From NCBI RefSeq assembly GCF_009914755.1, contig NC_060931.1: 64,000 nucleotides of DNA. One strand, written 5' to 3'. Each line of letters starts with the position of its first letter. Within the stretch, counting starts at the first letter, position 1. The notes under the pieces were generated by a model. The model was not told the DNA's origin. It saw only the letters and a list, made by a program, of their open reading frames with translations, and made no database searches. Made by a program: the position numbers and the translations under genes. Origin of the DNA: the human T2T-CHM13v2.0 reference genome, Homo sapiens. Below, in pieces: positions 54,063-64,000 of this stretch.

Positions 54063-55037
54063 CTTTTTTAGTTTGCTTTCTGTTGCTTATAACAGAATGC
54101 CTGAAACTAGGTAATTTCTTAAGAAAAGAAGCTTATTTCTTACAGTTATAGAGGCTGAGAAGTTTGAGGTCAAGAGGCCAAATCTGGTAAGGGCCTTTTT
54201 GCTGATGGGTACTCTGCTGAGTCCCTGCAGTACAGGTATTCACATGATGAGAGGCTTGGACATTCTGGTTCAGATCTTTTCTTCCCGTTCTTATACAGCC
54301 ATCAGTCCTACTCCCATGATAACCTATTAATCCATTAACTCATTATTTCATTATTCTATGAATGGATTAACCCAGTCATGAGGGCTGAGCCCTCATCAAT
54401 CACCTCTTAATGGCCCCGCCACCTTGATTACTAAATTTCTACATGAGTATTGGAGGTAACAAATATTCAAATTACATCATCCTACCCTGGGCCACCTAAA
54501 ACTCATATCCTTCTCTCATACAAATGCATTTATTCCAAACCCATAGCCCTAAAGTCTCAACTTGTTTCATCACCAACTCAAAAGCCCACAGTCCAGAGTC
54601 TCATCTGTGAGCCTGTGAAATCAAAACATCTTATTTACCTCCAAGGTACAATGGTTGTACAGGCATAAGGTAGACATCCCTATTCCAAAAGAAAGAAAAG
54701 GCAAAAAGAAAGGTAATAGGCCCCAAGCAAGTCCAAAACACTGTAGGACACATATTAAATCTTAAAGCTGGAGAATAATATATTTGACACTGTGTACCAC
54801 CTCCTGGATATACTGGGGTGGGGGTTAGGCTCCCAAGGACTCAGGCAGCCCCACCCCTATGACTTTGCTGGGTGAAGTGTATATGTCTACTCACAAGTGT
54901 TGAAGTCCAGTGCCTGAAGTTTTCCTAGGCAAGTCTGGCATGCTGCCAGTGATTCCACAGTTTCGTGGTTCCAGTGGCAGTCCCATTCCCAGGGCTCGTA
55001 GGCTTTGCCTTAGTAGGGACTCACTGTCGTGACCTCA
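54063..55037 (-). mobile_element. MSTC/MSTD 3' LTR (54063-54479) plus adjoining truncated MST-int
   Basis: LTR motifs gcttataacagaatgcctgaaactaggtaattt and catgagggctgagccctcat. The internal part contains aactcaaaagcccacagtccagagtctcatctg and ends abruptly near 55037. Confidence 0.85.
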
Positions 55038-56989
55038 AATAATAAAAGTTGTACCCTGAAGGAAAAAAAAATTCTGTTGTTTGGACCATGCATCAATCAT
55101 TTTTCATTCCATTTGCCACATTACAGGTAGTCTCATTCAAATGCAAAAGAGGCTGTCCTATAAGCGTAAAATGAAAACCTAAAGGTAATTGCATAGCTTC
55201 AAAATGAGCAAAAAAATAACCCACAGACTAAGTACCCACTGTCATCTCCCAAAGATCATTTCTCCAGTTATTGACTGGTTTAAAATCACACTATTATAAA
55301 TATGAACACGTAAGGAAGGCAAATTATTGTGGTCACATACAGGTAGAAGAACAAAGGATGAAGAACAAAGAAAGAAACAATATTCATAGATAAAATATAG
55401 AGAGATGACGATGACTTATTTACATAGTAGCAAGTGTTTGTTTTAAATATATATATACTCACACACATATAAACATATATATATACACACATGAATATAA
55501 CTTGATGATTTTATTTCTGAAAATGTGGATACATAGTAAATAATTGGAAAAAAAATTAAAACAGATTTAATTTTCCCAGCCATCCTGATTTTTTCTTTTA
55601 TTGAATGCAATGGAGAGTAACATGAATACTTTCAGAATGAGATAAATATAGGTAATGCATTTAATAACATGTACTATCTTAAACATCAACTGTTATAAAA
55701 ATTAACTGGACTCCATAGAAAATAAGCTTTGTTACTAATACAAATGTGTTCTATGATCTCTTTATTAAAAACTTTCCATTTTTTCCAAACGTTTAACATT
55801 TAGAAATGTTATTTTTATTGTCTTACTTTGTCATTTACGATTATGATGCATACACTACTTAATTTTCTATTCAGTAGGAAAGCCTATTCTTCAACAGAAC
55901 ACTAATATATAAAAGCCTAAGAGAGAAAATCAGGTATTTAAACCACCTGTCTGAGTTATAAATGAAAATAATGTGTTACAAGAAATAGGCCTAATGTTTT
56001 ATAGCACAGCAGGTAAGTTAGCATGAAAAATGGTGTTATACCTAAAAAAATTATCATGAATTGTAAAAACATACTATTAATATCCTACTGCAGGTAATGT
56101 GTTTCAACTTTATTACTAGAAAATATACCACAAAAAGTGAAACTTTGCAATATCACCACAGGAATTAATATACTTGCAATGAAAATGTAATTTCTAAACA
56201 GTCAGAAGTGTGAGGTTTTGAGGGGATTATTTTAATTATACATATACATAGCCTACATTTCAGAAAATAAAAGTGCATTTTTTAAAAATGTGCACAATTT
56301 TAAAGTTTAGCAAATACAATTTTGCTTGGTCAATATTTTGAAATAAATCATATGGTCATATATAGTTTATATGACACTAGATATAAATACTAATAGGAAA
56401 AAGTGAGGGCTTTCTTCTATTTATTTTTAATTCTTCATAATTAATTTTTATGTTTCTATATGTATATTCAATCTCTGAAACCTTGATAAATAGTTTGAGA
56501 CCTTTTTAAAAACATACTGCTGGAGGAATTGTAAAATCTGACTACTTAGCACTCTCCTGAATTATGAAACTAGACAATTTCAGCAGGGCTTCAAGGCATT
56601 ATTTGACTAAGTCTTCTTCAACTTTTCTTTTTTTCAATGCAATTTAAGAAATACTTGATTTGGATATAAACATGTCCCTAAAGAAATTATTTACTTACCC
56701 TGATTATCATTAACTTTCAATTGCTATTATGTTATTCAATAGCATGAGCTTAAATTAACATAAAATGTTAGTGAATACGGCATTTTATTCTAATTTTAAA
56801 TTGTAATGCATAAGACTTTGGTATATGGCAGTTTTATAGAATACCCCAAAATAGGAAATGAAAGTGATTATTGGAGTTTACTTAAGAAAATGTTTGAGAT
56901 CATCTGGAAACTAAAGAACACTCATGAAAACAAATAAACTAGGTAATAAATGCTGAATAACTTGGGAAACGAACAAAAATATTGTTCAT

Positions 56990-57560
56990 TTTTTAAAACT
57001 AATATAACCCTGATACCAGAAATTAACAAATTAAACACATTTATTAAAAACATGTAAAAATGAGACAAAGAGTAAATTTACAGAAATGCATGACATAAAA
57101 ATATAGATGTAAAAATTCTTACCATAAAACAGTGATTCAAATTCAATCATATATTTCACATATAATTAACAAAAATGATGTAGATTTATTATGAGATAAA
57201 AAGGATGCTTTAATAATAGGTAATGTCTATGAAATAAACAAAATCAGTAGTCAAATTAGAAGATAAATACATTTCAGGGAGAGACTCAGTAAAATTTAAC
57301 GTCAGCTTCTAATTTAAAAAAAACTTTAAAATGGAAATATAATGGTGATTAATAATAAATATATCTCAAGAGAATATTCAATAACGCTTTCTCCTTTAAA
57401 TTACGAAGAGAAAGATTTTCAGTAACGTTATTATAATTTAGCATTATTGGAAATGCCCCGAATAATTTATAAACAGTAATAGAAGAGTCATAACTACTGA
57501 AACAAGAAACGTTACCATGTTTTACAAGCCATATAATTGCACATTTTGGCTAAAAAGTTT
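56990..57560 (+). mobile_element. Highly diverged L1M ORF2 fragment
   Basis: ataaccctgataccaga...atagatgtaaaaattctt...aaaatttaac. Confidence 0.55.
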
Positions 57561-57574
57561 TTACAATTTTTATT

Positions 57575-57629
57575 AATTTTATTTATTTGCTTATTTATTT
57601 ATTGAGATGGAATCTCACTCTGTCACCAT
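57575..57629 (-). mobile_element. Alu 3'-end remnant
   Basis: (TTTA)n tail followed by tgagatggaatctcactctgtcacca, then a switch to L1MA. Confidence 0.8.
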
Positions 57630-58140
57630 CATTTATTTTTGATGAGCACAATTAGAATCCTATTCTTTAGCTGTTTCTAAATATACAACATATTATTACT
57701 AACTGTAATCAAATCGCTTTACAATAGATCATCAGAAATTACTATTCTTACCTAACTGAATCTTTATACTCTTTGACTTATGTCCCTTTTTTCTCCATCC
57801 GCCCTTCGCATCAACCTCTGGTTACCACCATTTTACTCTCAGCTTCATGAGTTTCACTTTTTTAGATTCCACATATGAATGCGATCACGTGGTATTAATA
57901 TCTCTGTGTCTGGTATATTTCACTTAGCATGTTTTTTGTTACAACCATTTTGGAAAACAATAAGTAGGTTCATCACAAACCTAAAAACTGAATTACCATA
58001 TGATCCAGCAATCCTGCTTCTGGGTATATATCCAAAGGAATTAAATCAGCATGTTGAAGAGTTATTTGTATTCCCATGTTCATTGCAGCCTGTCCACAAT
58101 AGCCAAGACATGAAAACAATTGAAGTGCCCATCAATGTAT
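57630..58140 (-). mobile_element. L1MA 3' fragment with 5' inversion
   Basis: 57630-57932 is antisense L1MA 3'UTR. ~57938-58140 is sense ORF2 end (ELPYDPAILLLGIYPKE in ORF 57879-58163). Confidence 0.8.
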
Positions 58141-61100
58141 TTAGGAATTCAAGAAAATGGTAACCTTTTAAAATCTATTTTTTCTAATAAGAACCAAGAT
58201 AAATATATTCAAATAAACTCAAATAGTGTACAAGATAACTACACTAATTTGAGTTTGTCTGCACATATTACAATAGTGTCACCATTCACAGTCTTTACAT
58301 CTCACTGCTTCTAATAGCAATTCCTCTTCCTATGGCTATAGGAATAGAGTAGTGATCCTAACCAGGCCAAAAAAAATTCCCCTTTTCCTGCTGAAATATA
58401 GTTTATAGTCAAAAAATAAATATCACCTGATCCAAGGTAAACAAATAGGACTTTCTGCAAGATTTTGAATATGGCAATATAAATAACGGTTGTATGATGT
58501 CAACCTGAACCACCTATGTTCACATGCTTATTATTGGGAGAATGTCCTTCTGCAGTAGAAAAAGCAAGGTAGACAGGAAAGTAGAGGGAAATAATGGAGC
58601 AGGAGTAGGATTGAAAAAGAGAAAGAGGAGAGAGCAAGCAATCTAGCCAGTGGAGTTCAAAATGCCGATTATAAAAAACATGGACTTTGGATATGCTCTG
58701 GTTCCTAATGTTTATTTTATCCTGTAACAACTCAAGATTTTCCATTAAATTCTCCTCTTTGTTTGTCTATTTATTTATTTATTTTTGTGTTAATAGCTGA
58801 ATTGCTTTTATTCCAATTGTTACTGTCGAGTCCTGGAACATTCTACACACACTGAAATGAGACAGAAAAATAGAAAGGGAGAGAGAAAGAGATCGTAAAC
58901 AACTTTTTTAATCATATACCTGTATTTTATTGTTAAAAATGCAAACAAGTTATAAAATATAATGTAGAAAAATGTGTATGAATAAAATAGCCATGAGGCT
59001 GATTCAAAACAATTAAGGTAGGGTTTACATCTCAAGTAGGAAGCAGGAAAATGGATTTGGAAGTTAACATGAACTTTCCATTTTATATCTTCGTAAGTTA
59101 CATGGTGAAAACGTAGATGTTTAATGTTATTCTCCAAAGCTATGGAGCTAAATAGTTTTTTTGAAAAACCAGAAAAATATACAAAATATTAAAAAACATT
59201 TTAATATACCTAAGAATACATTTGCTGAGAGAAACACCTAAGAAAAATAACACTGTGAATGACTGAGCTATGGATTCTGTGATTTGAGTAAACTATGTGA
59301 TGGTTCTCAAGTTGCAGATATTCTGGACCAGAATGATAAAACTTTAAAGTTTTTCTGACCATATATGTGCACAATGCAGGGATTTGAGCTGCTTTTAAAT
59401 AAAAGCCAAAAGGTGCCGGAGGAGAGTAAACCACAAAGCACACCACAAGATCATTGGTACCTCCAATTTTCCTCTCATTAATTTCCTTTTACAATTTTCT
59501 TTTCGCACCTCTCAAATAGCTCTCCATAAATTCTGCCTAGGGACTTTAGTTGAAGTTATTGACAGAGATAGAACTGGATATTTTTCCCATTGTAGTGGTT
59601 TAAATATGCTATTCTCTAATGACTGATAATGATGAACATAAACTTTGTTTCCTCATCTGTTCACTCACAGTTGAGACCAGACAAGGCAACCATGCTTTGC
59701 TTTCTTGTATCAAGTCGCATACACTTGCTATAGACTAGATTTTTTAAAACCATAATAAAGAAAATCCATTCCTTCACCCCCTTTTAGTGACAGTGTCCAA
59801 GTCTTATTACGCAGATGTGTAACTCAATAGTCCAACATTCATCTGCTTAAATAGATAACATTCTTCAAACTTTTAATAAAAGAGTGAATGCAAGTATAAA
59901 ATAGGATTTTGAAAACTTCTACCTAACAGGGAGAGCACCTCTAATCATTATGTATCTGTTAAATATCATCATTACATTGGTTAGCATTGATTTATTCATT
60001 AATTTTACATATACATGCTAAATATTAGAAGGGGAATAAATAAAGTACCTCATATTTTCTGCTCTGAGCCATTTGGAGACATGATGTGAATGAGATTCAA
60101 GCAGTATGTATGTTAATGTTATCAGAATATAAGTATTCAAGTTATTCTTAGTTAATTTTAACTAATTTAGCTTAAAGTGATGATATTTTAAATGATTTTA
60201 AAATAAGATACTGTTAAACTTGTAGGACATAGTTATCTACCAATATAATTCATGATATAATAGGTGCACTAGGACTAAGAACATCCAAAGCATCATTTGG
60301 ATATTGTTAACAGCTTAATTTAGTCAAGTAACTACTTTTTCTGATGCATAGTGGAAAACATATTTTAGCTAAATTTGTGCTTTTCAACTAGTACTTTGTG
60401 CACCATATAGATATATTAAGAATAACATCTCAGAGATCATAACAGGATCTCAGCTAAACCCAATATTAACTTAAATTTACACAATAAAGATTTATCTAAT
60501 CCACTAGAAATTTTATCTTTTCATGACAATTATTATTATTATTTTTTTGCCCCTTGGTTCCTGTTATCATCTACAGTGCTTTTCCAAGAGCCTTGAGAAT
60601 TGTGGGCTAATCTGTGGCATGGCACACTCATTTTCAATGGTATCTTCATGTCAAGAACGGAAGGAAACACAGCTACATAATGTAAAAACCGTACTTTCTC
60701 ATATCCCACTTCCTGAGCCTTTTACAGTGCTGTATTTGCCTTTCTGCCTCTCAGAAAGCAGAGCATTTTCATTTTCAACTCAGCTGCTCACTTTTCAGTT
60801 TCTACATCCAACTCAGCCAACTAACTTGTGACCCTGTCTGCTGCTGACAGCTGGGTTACACTGTTGAGAATTTATTTCAGGGAGTTTGAAACTTTCCCCT
60901 TATCTGATTTGCTGATTTTAGTTAAACATGAAAAGATGTCTTATGAAATCTGATGCCAAATTCTCAGATGCCAGTATTTAAGAATTCACTTGGCACTCCA
61001 TTGTTATTGATATCATTGATTTATCACTATGCAGACTTTTTGTGTGTAGAAATGGAAAGAAATATGAAAGCATTTTTATGTATTATGGTACCTGTAGTCT

Positions 61101-61584
61101 TTTGCTTTAGGCATAGAAGAATGGGGAACTCCCATGAAAACAGAACTAAAGTTTATACCTTGCACTTTCAAAAGAAGTCAAATGTAATTCAAAATAATTT
61201 ACATATTATATAGTTATTAATAATCACTAAAGGTAAAATGTTTATATAATACATTTTAGAAGATACAGGAGAATTTAATGCTCATAACTAGCCATTTTTA
61301 CTCATGTTTTTAATTTACACATTTTTCAACTCCTACTAGTCAACAATTCAAATCTGACAATTTGCATAACATAAAAAATAAAATCCCACATTTCCAGTAT
61401 AATTATTTCAGATAAAATAAGCAGAGATGAGGAGAAAGTGCCACCACCATAGTGACACGAAAATTTATCAAATAAAGCCATTTTCCAAATTCCCTACTAT
61501 TTCCTAAAGAGCAAAAACACAACATGGTTCTTTGTGTACTATAGTCACTTATACTGACTGTGTCTTACTTTATCTTCTATCTAT

Positions 61585-61835
61585 TTTTTTTTTTTTTTTG
61601 AGATGGAGTCTCACCTTGTTTCCCAGGTGGGAGTGCAGTGGTACGATCTCGGCTCACTGCAACTTCCACCTCCCAGGGTGAAGTGATTCTCCTGCCTCAG
61701 CCTTCCAAGTAGCTGTGATTACAGGCATCTGCCACCATGCCAGGCTGATTTTTTCTATATTTAGTAGAGACAGAGTTTAACCATGTTGGACAGGCTGGTC
61801 TTGAACTCCTGACCTCAGGTAATCAACCCGCCTCC
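61585..61835 (-). mobile_element. AluSx-like, 5'-truncated by ~45 nt
   Basis: Antisense Alu with cctgacctcaggt ending at cccgcctcc. Short TSD atctat (61579-61584 / 61836-61841). Confidence 0.9.
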
Positions 61836-61889
61836 ATCTATAATTATGGTTTCTGACCATATTATGTTCCAAAAGTCTCCTCTGCACAA

Positions 61890-62648
61890 AATTTAATTAT
61901 TCAATGTATGTTTTTTGAATATTCACTGTGTCAGTTACTGATATTAAAAGACAAACACAATCTAATTTCATTCCTCAAGGAGCTTATGTAACAGAAGTGC
62001 ATGAAGAAAAATACAATAGCACATTTCTATTATTAATATTATTATATAAATGTAAATGAAAGGTGATTTCAAAATAAATGGTTGTTTATAGAATAGAAAT
62101 ATTAGGCATTCTTAGCAGAATTGGTATGGAAATGAATCTAGACAGAAGAGCAAGGTTCAGATCATGGGGGACTTGTATATCATGCTAAGGAGTTTAAACT
62201 ATTGCCTGTGATGAAGTGAACCCCTGATATACTTTTTATAATAAGTAAATAGTATCAAAATAATTTTTAAATTGTTAAAAAGAGTCTACCTAATGACAGA
62301 GTTAAGGATAGATATGTGGCTTAAACTTCTGCACTACAAGCAGATACGGTGTTTAGAAGACTAGAATATCATTGCTAGAATCCAGAACATAATTGGTGAA
62401 GGTGACTTGTGTTTCTTTGGCTTGAACACTCAACTAACGGTGATTTTCAATGAGGTAATGGATTTTGAAGATGAGTTAATATGCAATAAAATGTAATTAA
62501 TTTGGATACATGTGAGATACCAGCAAATAGCCGTTAGTGAATTTTGATATATGGCCATTAAATGTAGAGCAAAAGACAGGAATGGAGTTAAGACTTAGAT
62601 GTCATAATTATAATGTAGCATTTGAACTGAGTGAAGTGAGTATATGTG

Positions 62649-62690
<42 letters not shown>

Positions 62691-64000
62691 AAGAAAAGAG
62701 AAGAATCTAGGAAAGACACCAAGATTTAAGCTGAAAGTAAGAGATAAAGGCCTTTGCAAAAAAGTAAAGAAATAATGTTCAAGAAAATAAACTTAGATAG
62801 AACAAAGGCAAGGAGAATTCTAGAGAGAATCCTAAAGATATTTTAAAGAAAACTGTAGTCACTAATTGGAAATGTTGCAGAGGATATAATTAATGTGACC
62901 ACTGAACATGTTAATTATTTTTAATAGGAGGCTGTTAATAACTTTTGTGTCTATGATTACAATGTTCTGAGGGCAGAAGCCAAATTCTAGTGCAATTGAA
63001 GGACTAATTTTGGGTAAGCAATTAAAAATACAAATGTAGACTACCCTATAAATTCATTTTTTTGAAGGGAAGAGGCTAAGGATGTTAGCTAAATGAAAAT
63101 ACAGTGTAAGCAAAGGGTATTTTATGTTTTAAAAAATCTGAATATGTTTGAAAGATGCAGCGAAGAGTCATTTGAAAGAACAAGTTCAGCATTAGTGAAA
63201 AAACATTTTTATGAAAAAATTTTGAATTTTTTATGGGAGTATTGATCATACGGGAAATAGCATAGTGGTATTACTCTTTTTGCTTTAAACCTAAAGAAAA
63301 AATGCACTTCTCTGAGATTGCAGGAGAGAGGTAAGGTGGAGTTGACCAGGATCATGTAAGACATTTTGTGTGGAAATATGAAGACCCAGCAGTGTATATA
63401 AACAACTATGTTCATACATGTGTGGCTTTCTCCTATATGTCTTAGTAGCCATAAGTGTTGAAGCAGACACAGCACACAATAATGCTGTTATAGACAGGAG
63501 TGGAGAAAAAGATTATGGAATGAGATTATTACTGATGCCTTTAAAAGAGTAGTTGAAAATATGTTTTATGTGACTTAGTTTGGATAGATAAGAAAAATGT
63601 AGAGAAATAGTGGTTATATACCAGGATTAGAAAAAATCTTAGAAACAGGGGTATTATTAAAACAAAAATGAAACAATACTTTTTATCATTTAGAGCAAGA
63701 AGAACGCATGGTTCAGGGTGCACATAATAGGTTGTTGGGAGTTTGCAATTGTGTATTTTTGAACACTTCAAATAAAGCCAAGGGTCAAAATGAAGTATTG
63801 AAATTGAGTAGCAGAATTAGAAAAGAAATGAAAAACATTGGAAGGTAAAATTTCCAAGGACTCCTATTTTTTGTATTTTACTTTATAGTTAGCATTTTTT
63901 TGAAGTTGCTTTGGATTATGATGGTGGTAGAAGTGTAAATACTATGAGGCACATTCAAAAGTTGTCAATAACAGGTTGATAGCCTATGGGCAACATCAGA
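61890..64000 (-). mobile_element. Long degraded L2 (patchy)
   Basis: attcaatgtatgtttttgaatattcactgtgtcag...cctcaaggagctta...catgctaaggagttt...gggcagaagcca. Interrupted by a microsatellite and unassigned stretches. Confidence 0.55.
62645..62683. repeat. (TG)n microsatellite
   Basis: About 19 units with one CG interruption. Confidence 0.95.

Noticed and set aside
54320-54395. Inverted repeats ttaatccatt...aatggattaa and atgagggctgagccctcat
   Set aside because: As I recall these belong to the MST LTR consensus, so they are not locus-specific structure.

Overview
AT-rich primate genomic DNA, most likely human given a near-consensus AluY (Yc1-like) and an L1PA3. I find no credible protein-coding gene, structural RNA gene or CpG island. 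Roughly half of the window or more is recognisable interspersed repeat: L1 elements of several ages (L1PA3, L1PA6, L1PA8-10, L1PA13-16/L1PB, L1M), Alus (Y, S, J), L2/MIR, MaLR elements (THE1, MST, MLT1), solo ERV LTRs (MER66-like, MER52, LTR22/HML-5, LTR17/HERV-W, MLT2B), an ERVL gag-pro remnant, and DNA-transposon MITEs (Tigger3a, MER5, MER63, piggyBac MER85). Nearly all listed ORFs are L1/Alu/LTR fragments or chance ORFs. I could not support a new biological system here. The best observations are mechanistic: (1) a 3x96-bp near-perfect tandem repeat whose end overlaps the target-site duplication of an L1PA3, inside an MLT1 LTR that a second L1 also hit; (2) a twin-primed (5'-inverted) L1 carrying a ~29-nt templated copy of its own 3' region; (3) a MER85 with a near-intact CSB-PGBD3 palindrome; (4) a possibly polymorphic AluYc1; (5) an intact HERV-W solo LTR promoter; (6) an isolated hairpin with an AP-1 site at its loop. 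Repeat subfamily names come from my recollection of consensus sequences and need RepeatMasker/Dfam confirmation.
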